This document shows, in pieces, positions 29,137 to 38,630 of a DNA stretch of 64,000 nucleotides (positions are counted from its first letter, which is position 1; every line of letters starts with the position of its first letter). A model generated the notes under the pieces. It did no database searches. It was not told the origin of the DNA and worked only from the letters and a program-made list of their open reading frames with translations. Made by a program: the position numbers and the translations under genes. The stretch is from assembly GCA_029856155.1 (NCBI GenBank), contig JAHQWL010000023.1, positions 1 through 64,000 of the forward strand. The letters run 5' to 3'. This DNA comes from Promethearchaeia archaeon. GTDB taxonomy: Archaea > Asgardarchaeota > Lokiarchaeia > Sigyniarchaeales > SOKP01.

Positions 29137-30108
29137 ATGACAGATTGGAATTTACCTCCTAAAGAGTTTGGCCATATGGATAAACCTAGTAGTATCTATC
29201 TTCAAACAATGTCTATAGCAGAAATTAAAGAGAGGGTAAAGAAGAATGATGTTATTATCATTCCTTGTGGATCTACTGAAAATCATGGTCCTGCAGCTTG
29301 TATTGGAGAAGATACATTCTTAGTCACTCGAATGGCTGAATTAATAGCCCAAAAAACAGGCTGTACTGTTGCTCAACCAACTTGGTATGGTTCTCACCCT
29401 TATCATCATTTAGGGATGCCAGGAACGATCATAGTTCCCGAAGAAACTTTTAAATCTTTATTAAGATCAGTAATGGCAGGTTGCTGGAATATGGGTTTTA
29501 GAAAGATGATATTATTAAACGGTCATGGTCAAGAATACGTTATCCCAAGTGCTATACACGAATTTGCGAAAAATTACCAATTGCCCATGGTTGTTTGCAA
29601 TGTAAATTGGTATCACGCAATTCCTCAACATTGTATGGATCAAGAACATGGTGGCCCATTTGAAACACCTTTTATTCACGCTGATGAAGCTGAAACATCT
29701 TTCTCAATGACACTATTTCCCGAATTGTTGAAACAAATAGATGAATGTAATGATAACACTCCAGTAGGATGGATGCCAGAAGGGCATGTAGACAAAGCGG
29801 GAAATATTTATCAACGTCCTATTAAATGGTATGGACAAGTTGGTTTTGGACCTATTGAAGTGTTTGCTTATCCAGAAGGCCATGTTGGATGTCCTAGCAA
29901 AGCAACCTTTGAGAAAGGAAAACCTGGTATGGAAGCATTTTTAGATTATCTAGAAAAACTTGTTAATGATATACTGAAAACGTTTCCACCCGGAAAACTT
30001 CCCCCAATTGAAGGAATAACTCAACGAGATCCAAAAGAAATCGAAAAATATATCAAGGGGCCGCTTAATGGTGGAAAAAGTATTTATGAATTAAGATACC
30101 CTCCTTAA
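29137..30108 (+). CDS. iolN: Creatininase-family hydrolase, 3-dehydro-scyllo-inosose hydrolase (IolN-like)
   Basis: GSTENHG..GEDT, YGSHPYHHLGMPGT, NGHGQE, PFIHADEAETS; iol context. Confidence 0.85.
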   Translation: MTDWNLPPKEFGHMDKPSSIYLQTMSIAEIKERVKKNDVIIIPCGSTENHGPAACIGEDTFLVTRMAELIAQKTGCTVAQPTWYGSHPYHHLGMPGTIIVPEETFKSLLRSVMAGCWNMGFRKMILLNGHGQEYVIPSAIHEFAKNYQLPMVVCNVNWYHAIPQHCMDQEHGGPFETPFIHADEAETSFSMTLFPELLKQIDECNDNTPVGWMPEGHVDKAGNIYQRPIKWYGQVGFGPIEVFAYPEGHVGCPSKATFEKGKPGMEAFLDYLEKLVNDILKTFPPGKLPPIEGITQRDPKEIEKYIKGPLNGGKSIYELRYPP

Positions 30109-30172
30109 AATCTCAATTCTTTTTTTTTAAATCTTTTTATATATTGAAAATAAAAAAATATATGGATATTGA

Positions 30173-30667
30173 TTATATTTGTGCTCCACAATAAGCACAA
30201 AATTGAGCACCATCTTTTTTTATTGGTGTTCCACAATTAGGACAATATTTTGCACGTTCTTCTGTAAGAGCTTCTTTTTCAGGTATAGATAAATGTTTAA
30301 TTTGTCCGGTTGTTGTGTTAAATTTTCCTCGTAATTGACCTGAAGCTTTTAAATCCAAAATTATTGATTGTATATCTTTTGGTGTAATTCCTGTACTTTT
30401 ACTAACTTCATCTATCGTAGCTTCTGGATTTACTTGAAACTCTGACAAAACTACATTCCTTAGTTTACTTCTATTAGTTAGTGCAAATATTTGACTAACT
30501 AAAATAGCAACTCCAATTCCAGTGGATATAAATCCCCACCATGACCATGCATTCCATGGTATAAATGAGGAAATCCCCCAATATAGGAAAGCACCCGCGA
30601 TAATTAAAGCACAAATAGAAAAACCGTCAGAATATTGATTTTTTTCATATTTCATATTAAATACCAC
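30173..30667 (-). CDS. 2-TM membrane protein with winged-helix-like domain and C-terminal zinc ribbon
   Basis: Two TMs, ATIDEVSKSTGIT..G.L.G.F, CPNCG...CAYCG. Confidence 0.8.
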   Translation of the reverse strand: MVFNMKYEKNQYSDGFSICALIIAGAFLYWGISSFIPWNAWSWWGFISTGIGVAILVSQIFALTNRSKLRNVVLSEFQVNPEATIDEVSKSTGITPKDIQSIILDLKASGQLRGKFNTTTGQIKHLSIPEKEALTEERAKYCPNCGTPIKKDGAQFCAYCGAQI

Positions 30668-30803
30668 AAATTTTCAAATATTTATAATAGATTTCACTAA
30701 ATAATTGTTAAATACTTTATAAATTTTTAGCTTCATTTTATATTCCTAATATATTAAAGAGTTAAATAGAAGTGATATATAAGAGAGGACTAGCTAAAAC
30801 CAC

Positions 30804-31160
30804 TCAATTTGTTATTATACACCTATTTATTATTTCAAAAACAGATGAGAAATCTACTTGATCCTCAGTAAGAAGGATAATAATTTTTTCTAAAATTTTA
30901 ATTGAAAGGATATAAAAATTATCAGAATGAATAACATTGAAATCGGGATCATGAACTCCGATTTCTGATGTTATTTCTTCAGCTAATTCATATAATTGCG
31001 ACATATTTAAGCCTATAGAAGTTTTATTGAATTCTTGATTAATGTATGATTTGATGACAGCCCCATTTTTGGAAGTAATTAAAATAAAATACAAGCCAGA
31101 CTGACCGAATTCCTTTATTAATGTTTCAATGACTAAATCTGAATTTAAAATAGCAGTCAT
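30804..31160 (-). CDS. Roadblock/LC7-like protein
   Basis: 118 aa, ILITSKNGAVIKS, then a long helix and three beta strands. Confidence 0.65.
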   Translation of the reverse strand: MTAILNSDLVIETLIKEFGQSGLYFILITSKNGAVIKSYINQEFNKTSIGLNMSQLYELAEEITSEIGVHDPDFNVIHSDNFYILSIKILEKIIILLTEDQVDFSSVFEIINRCIITN

Positions 31161-31316
31161 TGTGATATAATTTATTGGTTTTGTAATATATAATTTTGGG
31201 TAAAAATTATGGTCTTAACTTGAAAGGATGATTTATATAAAAGGTATGTAGAAAAATAATTTGAAATATATTGATTTTATTCTTATTACATATTCTCAAA
31301 TTTATGAAAAATTAAA

Positions 31317-32195
31317 TTATATTTCAAAATATTCATCAATTACCTCCTCAAAAGAGTGAAACGGTGTTAAATCTCCCTTAAACTCAACTACATAGCAAGA
31401 ATAATATCGGTATAAGAACTCTTCAACAATTAATTGCATATATCTTTTGATATTTTCGGAACAATTTGGCTTTTCCACTATGTATGCGAATATAACATTG
31501 CTTTTAGTTTTCAAGAACATTTGGCAACCATTGCCAAGATTTATGTCTTCAAGTTTTAGTCCATATTCTTCTCCAGCAATAAAATCTTGTGAATATATTA
31601 ATATCGCTGAAATAAATCCGGCGATCTGGAAATTGTTATTAGCCATATAAGGTCTATCTTTATTCACCTTTGAAAAATATAAAAATCCCGCTTTATCAAT
31701 AATAAAGATTCCAACGATTCCCTTAGCCTTTGGAATATCAACCGATCTATCGCAAATTTGTCGTATCTCTGGTCTTAAGAGGTCAGAACTTATACTTTCA
31801 TATATCCTTTTTGATAAATTATAAAGTTCTGGGTAGTTCATTACATTCTCTGTCTTATCAATATACATAATGACTAACTTATTATGCCCCTTTTTCTCGT
31901 AGAATTGTAGGTAAATTGTAAGGTTGCCTATAGTATCTTTGATATATCCTTGTCTTTTTTTAATAATAGTATTTTTATATAAATCAATAATCTTAGTTGA
32001 AAGCGTAATTCCAATCCTTTTTTGGAAAATAATCTCAACCATTCCCATTATACTTATCTCTGAAATACAAAATCCCCGTAATTGGAAGATTGGGAAATTA
32101 TACTCCATATTCTGCTGGTTTTCATTTAAAATAATCATTGCATTATATAGATTTATTTGTGCTAAATCTTGTTTTTGTGTTAATAAAATAATCAT
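31317..32195 (-). CDS. Protein with C-terminal longin-like domain (start uncertain)
   Basis: GIFIIDKAGFLYFS..IAGFISAI..SQ..LEDINL..IVEEFL.RY..F.GD..F..F..ID pattern. Confidence 0.65.
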   Translation of the reverse strand: MIILLTQKQDLAQINLYNAMIILNENQQNMEYNFPIFQLRGFCISEISIMGMVEIIFQKRIGITLSTKIIDLYKNTIIKKRQGYIKDTIGNLTIYLQFYEKKGHNKLVIMYIDKTENVMNYPELYNLSKRIYESISSDLLRPEIRQICDRSVDIPKAKGIVGIFIIDKAGFLYFSKVNKDRPYMANNNFQIAGFISAILIYSQDFIAGEEYGLKLEDINLGNGCQMFLKTKSNVIFAYIVEKPNCSENIKRYMQLIVEEFLYRYYSCYVVEFKGDLTPFHSFEEVIDEYFEI

Positions 32196-32539
32196 ACTTA
32201 AGATATTTAAATGTACTTTTTGATCAATAATAATATTTTTGACAACAAAAAATCTAAACTTGCTTTATTTAATTGTTTATATTAAATCGAGTGATGATTA
32301 AATCTTCTTTTGAGGTTAAGATACTTTTTTCATTTCTTTTATGAAATTGGATGTTTAAAATATTATCTGAAAAAAATTCAGAACAGTATAGGATTTGCAA
32401 TTATAAACATGATATAAAACAAATAAAAATAAAAAACAAAAAAAAACCAGGTTTACACGGGGGTCAAATTCTCATTAAGCCCGAAAGACAATAAAAGGGA
32501 ATCCCTATTTAAAGTGAGATTTTTTTAAAAAATAAGGAA

Positions 32540-32672
32540 CGGGCCTGGCAGGATTTGAACCTGCGATCTTGGGTTTAATGGATACTTCCATCAAAAATCC
32601 CAGTCCGAAGCCGGGCACCCTATCCATTCTAGATTACGTCGAGATGGACGCAATTGACTAGATTACAGGCCC
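32540..32672 (-). tRNA. tRNA-Arg(TCG) with two non-canonical introns (32627-32655 in the D-loop; 32568-32596 at 45/46)
   Basis: Acceptor GGGCCTG/CAGGCCC, CCCGG-CTTCGGA-CTGGG, GCAGG-TTCAAAT-CCTGC; BHB central helices CTAG/CTAG and TGGG/CCCA. Confidence 0.92.
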
Positions 32673-32801
32673 TTAATCTAAGTACTAAAAATTATAGGGT
32701 TAAATTACTTTCATTTATTATTTCTAAAAAATTTTATTGAATTAGAATAATGAATAATTCAGTAATTTCTCGAATCTTATATAGGAAAAGTAGAGTATTT
32801 T

Positions 32802-33239
32802 TCAAATATCTTCCTTTTCAAAACCATTATTTAGATATTTTATGAATAATCGAAATAATTTTATAAATCTTAAACCTTGAGAAAGATCTCCATCAGCTTT
32901 TATTATTCCTTTCATAAAAGCATCGGTTCCATACATCTCACGCTTCAAAATTTTAACTAAGATCTCTTTAGTGTATCTAATTCTAAAGGATGCATTTCTA
33001 TTAATACCATGTTTGTAGCTAAGTGAACCATTTGATACTTTTAACCAAAAATTAAAATTAATATCTGTAATGATAATTTGGTATATATCATCATCCTCTA
33101 TTATTTCTTCTCGTAGTTCTTCAGTAATTTTGAATTTGTTAACGGCAATCTTAATGATTTTATCTAAAACAGTGATAAATTCCCCATCATAATTTTTCAA
33201 ATAATGGATCACAGAGTTGTAACTCTTTGAATTGAGCAT
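32802..33239 (-). CDS. SCP2 (sterol carrier-like) lipid-binding domain protein
   Basis: FWLKVSNG..G..AFMKGIIKADGDL. Confidence 0.8.
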   Translation of the reverse strand: MLNSKSYNSVIHYLKNYDGEFITVLDKIIKIAVNKFKITEELREEIIEDDDIYQIIITDINFNFWLKVSNGSLSYKHGINRNASFRIRYTKEILVKILKREMYGTDAFMKGIIKADGDLSQGLRFIKLFRLFIKYLNNGFEKEDI

Positions 33240-33413
33240 ACTATCTAAACTTGATACTAATTCAAATATATTATATTATTATACCTATATATTCCTTATA
33301 TTCTACATCGTCTTTAAGGCATATAAATCTTTCTATTAGGTGTTTTAAATGCTAAACAGAATAAAATTTTTATATTCTCGTTTATTCCCTTAGTTACATA
33401 ACTATAATTTTTT

Positions 33414-33523
33414 GCGGCTATAGTGTAGCCCGGTCTTTAAGTATAACAAATCTGTCTACTTAACCGAAAGCATTCGGGACTGTCACTCCTGCGACGCGGG
33501 TTCAAATCCCGCTAGCCGCGCCA
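33414..33523 (+). tRNA. tRNA-Asp(GTC) with D-loop intron (33437-33468) and encoded CCA
   Basis: GCGGCTA/TAGCCGC, CGGGA-CTGTCAC-TCCTG, GCGGG-TTCAAAT-CCCGC; BHB central helix CGGT/ACCG. Confidence 0.93.
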
Positions 33524-33682
33524 TATAATTTTTACTTAACTTTGAATTTATTATTGAAGCTAATTAATAATTATGAAAAACATAATTTCTCTGAAATAAT
33601 ACTATAAAATAAAAACTAAGATAATAAAAAAAAAGAAATGTATAAATGAAATATGCTGAATAGAGAGGTTAAATTAAGTAAT

Positions 33683-33778
33683 TTATAAATCTTCTACTAA
33701 ATCTTCATAAGCTTCTAATGCTAATTCAATGATCTCTTGGAAAGCCATAGCATCTTGAAGATTTCCCTCAACCGTTAT
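33683..33778 (-). pseudogene. Inverted orphan 3' fragment of an SCP2 gene
   Basis: Encodes ITVEGNLQDAMAFQEIIELALEAYEDLVEDL*, 29/31 aa and 79/96 nt identical to 34775-34870. Confidence 0.9.
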
Positions 33779-33942
33779 ACTTAAATTATGGTGGGCTAGA
33801 AATTTATTAAGATTTTATCTAAAAAGAGTTAAATAATGAAGAAGAAAGAATTTTATGAAGGAATTATAAACTATAATTAGTAAGAAGGAAAAAATAAGAA
33901 TTAGAGATTATTCATTGTGTACTATCCCTCTGATGATGTACT

Positions 33943-34230
33943 ATGACTGAATTTTCTGTATCATTCTATCGCCCTTGGTTAGGAGGGATGAGTAAAAGAA
34001 CCTCTCTTATTAGACAATTTACTGCCGAACTTGCTAGAAATAGAATTGATAAAATAGATTTTCGATCTGTCAATGAAGAAGATTTCCGCAAGAAAATTGC
34101 TTCCATCACTTTTTATATGGTAAAGTATATGTCTACTATTAACATTAAACAAGGTGCTTATAATTCTCCAACAAATGTTTTATATGCGAATCTTCCTTCG
34201 GGAGATTATAGTAATGAATTTATAATTTAA
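33943..34230 (+). CDS. Hypothetical protein, possibly the remnant of a longer disrupted gene
   Basis: 95-aa ORF; upstream 33837-33942 looks coding but contains stops. Confidence 0.45.
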   Translation: MTEFSVSFYRPWLGGMSKRTSLIRQFTAELARNRIDKIDFRSVNEEDFRKKIASITFYMVKYMSTINIKQGAYNSPTNVLYANLPSGDYSNEFII

Positions 34231-34435
34231 ATCATAAAAGTCTCCACACTTAATAACTTCTAAACTTCACATTTAGTAACTTTTAAATTTAGCGTATTTT
34301 ATCAGAATTACCAAATAATATAAATAAAACCTTTTTATATCATTATATCCTTTTAATATTGTTATTTATAGAATATTTTCTTAAATGATTTTCAAATAAA
34401 AAGAGGAAAATTATACAAAAAGGTTGAAAATTAAA

Positions 34436-34870
34436 ATGGTTGACGAATCATTATTGAAAGATATTAAGGCCGCTCAAGATGCGGGCGCATCTAGTGCATC
34501 ACCAGAGGATATGATGAAGGTTTTTGAATTCATTAAACAAATCTCTACAGAGAATGAAGATCTTAAGGAAGAATTAGAGGACATGGATATAGCAATTCAA
34601 ATGATAATTACGGATGCAGATAGGAAGCATTGGCTTACAGTAAAAGAAGGAAATTTAGATTTTGGCGAAGGGGATGTTGATAATCCTTCATTCACAATGT
34701 CTTCAACTTTAGAAGTTGGTGCAGGTATATTAATGGGAGAAGTAGATGCTACTAGTGCATATATGGCGGGAGATATCACTGTTGAAGGAAATCTTCAAGA
34801 TGCTATGGCCTTCCAAGAAATTATAGAGCTTGCTTTGGAAGCTTACGAAGATTTAGCAGAAGACATGTAA
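34436..34870 (+). CDS. SCP2 lipid-binding domain protein (acidic)
   Basis: WLTVKEG..G..DNPSFT..GEVDATSAYMAGDITVEGNL. Confidence 0.9.
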   Translation: MVDESLLKDIKAAQDAGASSASPEDMMKVFEFIKQISTENEDLKEELEDMDIAIQMIITDADRKHWLTVKEGNLDFGEGDVDNPSFTMSSTLEVGAGILMGEVDATSAYMAGDITVEGNLQDAMAFQEIIELALEAYEDLAEDM

Positions 34871-35161
34871 AAATAGAGGCAACCTACAAAACTTTCAAAG
34901 AATCTTTTCTTTTTTTTTATTAATTTTTTTATTTATAATTCAAATTTCTTTTTTTTTAAAAGTATTAGATAAAAACCACTTGAAAAGATAAGTTAACTGA
35001 AAATGAAACTAAGGAGTGTAATATACTCATAATATTTTCCCTTAAAACCACATTTTAAAAAATTTAATTAGCTAATTCAAAAAAATTAAATCATTGTATT
35101 TTTATTATTTGTTTGGAATAGATAGTCGACAAATTTTTTTATTAGGTGTAGTGCAATAAGA

Positions 35162-35779
35162 ATGGTTTTAGAACGCTTATACTCAGCAACGGATAATTTA
35201 ATTAATCAACAGTTCTATAAAGAGAAAAGTGACATAATTATTGGGAGAACCCCCGAAATTTCATTAAAGATTAGCAATTCAGGGCAAATAGTAAGGAAAT
35301 TTAAAGATCTATTTAATGAAAATCTACACTTATTCCTTGAGGGCAAATACTTAGAATTTCTTAAGCATTTTAAAAGAATAAAAGGGATGGATGAAAACTA
35401 TATTAGAGAAATTTATCAAGACCTTCAGCTTAAATTTGAAACATTAGAGGAAGCGGAAAATATTAATAGCGTTATTATATACTCGCTCGTTCTAAATTCT
35501 CTAATATCAAATATTAGAGATATTAATTTTGCAGAATCGATTAGAGAGGTAAAAAGACGAGTATTAAAAAAATTAAATATTCATGAAAACAAGATCCAAG
35601 AAGAGTTGGATAAGTTATTCATGAGAAATGATAACAACATTTCAATTTTATATAATATCTCTTATCTTGATACATTAGCAGAATCTTTCAATTATATGAA
35701 AGTTGCTCATATTTGTAAGATTCAAAAGAGTAAATTTATAAATCGAATTGTTAAGCTGATTATAACCTCAAATAAATAA
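35162..35779 (+). CDS. Hypothetical helical protein
   Basis: 205-aa ORF, AGGTG upstream. Confidence 0.75.
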   Translation: MVLERLYSATDNLINQQFYKEKSDIIIGRTPEISLKISNSGQIVRKFKDLFNENLHLFLEGKYLEFLKHFKRIKGMDENYIREIYQDLQLKFETLEEAENINSVIIYSLVLNSLISNIRDINFAESIREVKRRVLKKLNIHENKIQEELDKLFMRNDNNISILYNISYLDTLAESFNYMKVAHICKIQKSKFINRIVKLIITSNK

Positions 35780-35794
35780 GTTTGGCAAAGATCT

Positions 35795-36556
35795 TCAAAC
35801 ATTTTCAATGTTTTGATAAAAAATCTCAACAAGAGTAGTTAAAACAATTTCTCTTAAACTTATATCATATCTTCTTATCCTATCTGAGAATTCAAATTGA
35901 ATAGTTTTACTACTTGATGAATATTGGGATGCTCCATATTGTTTTGTTATATATCCTCCAGATAGTACGTATTCTCTTCTTCTAGGATGCCCTGGGGCAA
36001 TTGGTATTTCTAGCTCAAGAAATTTTTCTATGATTTTTCCACGTATGTTTTTATTCCAATCTCTTTTTGGAATTGATATAGAGAAAAGTGACTCCAAATT
36101 ATTAGTACCTAGGATTATTTCTACATCTCGAAATCCAGGTGGGCGATTATCTTTTTCAAATCCATGTATATCTAAAAGCAATGAACGTCCAAATTTACTT
36201 ATATTATAATTTACTAATTCTTGGATTTTTCTATGGTAAAACCTATAGATTTTTCTAGCAAGACTAGAATTTTGATTATAAGCCTCACTTTCATTACGAT
36301 TTAAATCAACTTTACTTCGCCGAACTTTTGAAATAATATAAGAGGGAATTTTTAATTCTGAAAATTCATTTTTAAATTTTAAGCTTATTAGTTCAATGAA
36401 TTCCTTAGAGAATTCTATAGTCCCTTTATCAATTCCAAAAACTCCTGTTGATCTTTGGGGAATATTCTCACATTCTAATATTCCACCGTGAGGCACAGAT
36501 ATAATTAATGGAATACTACCTTCTTCAAATTCTATATAATCTATTAGATCAGACAT
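35795..36556 (-). CDS. N-formylglutamate amidohydrolase-like protein
   Basis: IISVPHGG, D.GT, R..VDLNR, YH, LLDIHG, GGYIT, QFE. Confidence 0.85.
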   Translation of the reverse strand: MSDLIDYIEFEEGSIPLIISVPHGGILECENIPQRSTGVFGIDKGTIEFSKEFIELISLKFKNEFSELKIPSYIISKVRRSKVDLNRNESEAYNQNSSLARKIYRFYHRKIQELVNYNISKFGRSLLLDIHGFEKDNRPPGFRDVEIILGTNNLESLFSISIPKRDWNKNIRGKIIEKFLELEIPIAPGHPRRREYVLSGGYITKQYGASQYSSSSKTIQFEFSDRIRRYDISLREIVLTTLVEIFYQNIENV

Positions 36557-36591
36557 TCTATAAAATATAAATTTTAAAAATAAAAAATAAG

Positions 36592-37056
36592 TTAGATAAT
36601 TGGAGAGTTATGTAGAGTTAAATATCGAAGTATTATAAATACACTGATCCAAACACCGAAACCAATTATGCCAAATGTATAATAAGCAAATGCACTTTTT
36701 TCTTTTTCGAATGTTAGATATGCAAATAACCATGTTCCAAGGCCACCAATTGCGACTAGTAAAACATCTGTCGTCATATTCTGCAAACTGTCAGCTCGGT
36801 TTTCAAATTTTAATCCTAAATTAAGAAGAACCGTGTGCTCAATGATTTCCCAAATTACTGCACATACAACCGTAAGAATAAAAACAAGCAACAGTGAAAA
36901 GATTGGAATTCTTCCTTTTTTTTTTGGAATTGTGTAAAACAATGAAAATAATAAAAAAACTCCAATCCCGAAACAAATATGTCCTATAGAATAAAAATCA
37001 AACCAAGAAATCCCAACCTCATCAACTGTAGTGGCAATAAATCCATTAAATAACAT
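36592..37056 (-). CDS. Membrane protein with H...WE..E...N..TD motif
   Basis: SIGHICFG, IWEIIEH, DSLQNMTTD; 4 TMs. Confidence 0.75.
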   Translation of the reverse strand: MLFNGFIATTVDEVGISWFDFYSIGHICFGIGVFLLFSLFYTIPKKKGRIPIFSLLLVFILTVVCAVIWEIIEHTVLLNLGLKFENRADSLQNMTTDVLLVAIGGLGTWLFAYLTFEKEKSAFAYYTFGIIGFGVWISVFIILRYLTLHNSPII

Positions 37057-37338
37057 AAAAGACTCCTTTTTCTTGTGTTATTTTTTTTAGAGTTTTAAAA
37101 TAATAATAAAAAAATGATAATAAATATTCATGTGAATTTAGAATTCAAGATCAAAATAGATCATAAAGATTGATTTATTTCACTCTGCAATGTTGCCTAA
37201 AACCAGTTAAAAATCAATTTTTTTTCACAAATTTTTATTAATTAGCATAATACTTAACGAATTATAAATTCTATTTAAAAGATATTAAATTATATTATAT
37301 CTGATTATTGAAAGTATTTGAATATAGGTAATCTCTAA

Positions 37339-38625
37339 TTGAAAGAAATTGCTTACATTGTTTATTATCATAAACATAACTTTTATAGTTTAAATGCTAT
37401 AGTGGGAGCACTTGAAACAGATGAAGTATTTGAAAGTATCGATTTTTATTTTATTCCCACACAAGATAAACTTAAAGAATCCATAGAAGAAGTTACTAAA
37501 AAATATAACAAAATAATGGTAGGAATATCATTTTATACAACTCAACTTTTCGAAACCCAAGATCTCGTTCGAATAATAAAAAGGAGATATAAAGAAAAAG
37601 TGCTCATAGTCGCAGGAGGGCCTCATCCAACGGGGGATCCTTTTGGAACTCTTAAAATGGGTGTTGATATAGTTGTTGTCGGTGAAGGTGAGGAAATTAT
37701 AATAGAACTCATGCAAAGAATAGTAAATAATGAGAAAATTGATGATATAAAAGGAATTGCTTATATAAATGAAAATAATCGATATACCTATACTGGAAAA
37801 AGAAATCTAGTTAATTTAGACAAATATCCCCCCTTTCCAATAAAAAATACTCGATTTGGAGCAATTGAAATAACAAGAGGCTGTCCCTATGTGTGTTACT
37901 TTTGTCAAACACCCTATATTTTAGGTACGAAACCTAGACATAGAAGCATAGAAATAATTTGTAGATTTGTGCAAGAATTAAAAAATTTTTATGAAGATCT
38001 GACAGATATACGATTCATTACTCCAAATGCTTTTTCATATGGTTCACAAGATGGAAAGAATTTAAATTTAGAAAAACTTGAAGATCTCCTTTTTAATATT
38101 AGAAAAATTCTCGGTAGTAAAGGAAGGATATTTTTAGGGACATTTCCGTCTGAAGTTCGCCCTGAACATGTAATAGAAGAAACTCTAAATTTAATCTTAA
38201 AATATGCTAATAACGATAATATCACTATTGGAGCGCAATCAGGTAGTCAAAAGTTATTGGATTCATGTCATAGAGACCATACTATTCAAGATATTTATAA
38301 TGCTGTAGATTTGACATTGAAAAGCAATTTAAAAATTAATGTGGACTTCATTTTTGGATTACCTGAAGAAAATGAAGAGGATATTAAATTAACAATTCAA
38401 ATGATGAAAGATTTAGCGACTAAAGGAGCAAGAATACATGCTCATTCATTTATTCCTTTACCTCAGACTCCCTATGCAAATGCAACTGTAAAAAAAATAA
38501 GGGATCTCTACAAAAAAGAAATTAAATTATTAACCTCAAAAGGATTTGCTTTTGGAGATTGGCAGAAACAAGAAAGATTAGCTATGAAGATAGCTAATTA
38601 TATGAAGAAAATAAATATAAAATAA
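37339..38625 (+). CDS. B12-binding domain radical SAM protein
   Basis: AGGPHPTG, VVGEGE, EITRGCPYVCYFCQTP, FPSEVRPE. Confidence 0.93.
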   Translation: MKEIAYIVYYHKHNFYSLNAIVGALETDEVFESIDFYFIPTQDKLKESIEEVTKKYNKIMVGISFYTTQLFETQDLVRIIKRRYKEKVLIVAGGPHPTGDPFGTLKMGVDIVVVGEGEEIIIELMQRIVNNEKIDDIKGIAYINENNRYTYTGKRNLVNLDKYPPFPIKNTRFGAIEITRGCPYVCYFCQTPYILGTKPRHRSIEIICRFVQELKNFYEDLTDIRFITPNAFSYGSQDGKNLNLEKLEDLLFNIRKILGSKGRIFLGTFPSEVRPEHVIEETLNLILKYANNDNITIGAQSGSQKLLDSCHRDHTIQDIYNAVDLTLKSNLKINVDFIFGLPEENEEDIKLTIQMMKDLATKGARIHAHSFIPLPQTPYANATVKKIRDLYKKEIKLLTSKGFAFGDWQKQERLAMKIANYMKKINIK

Positions 38626-38630
38626 TGCTG

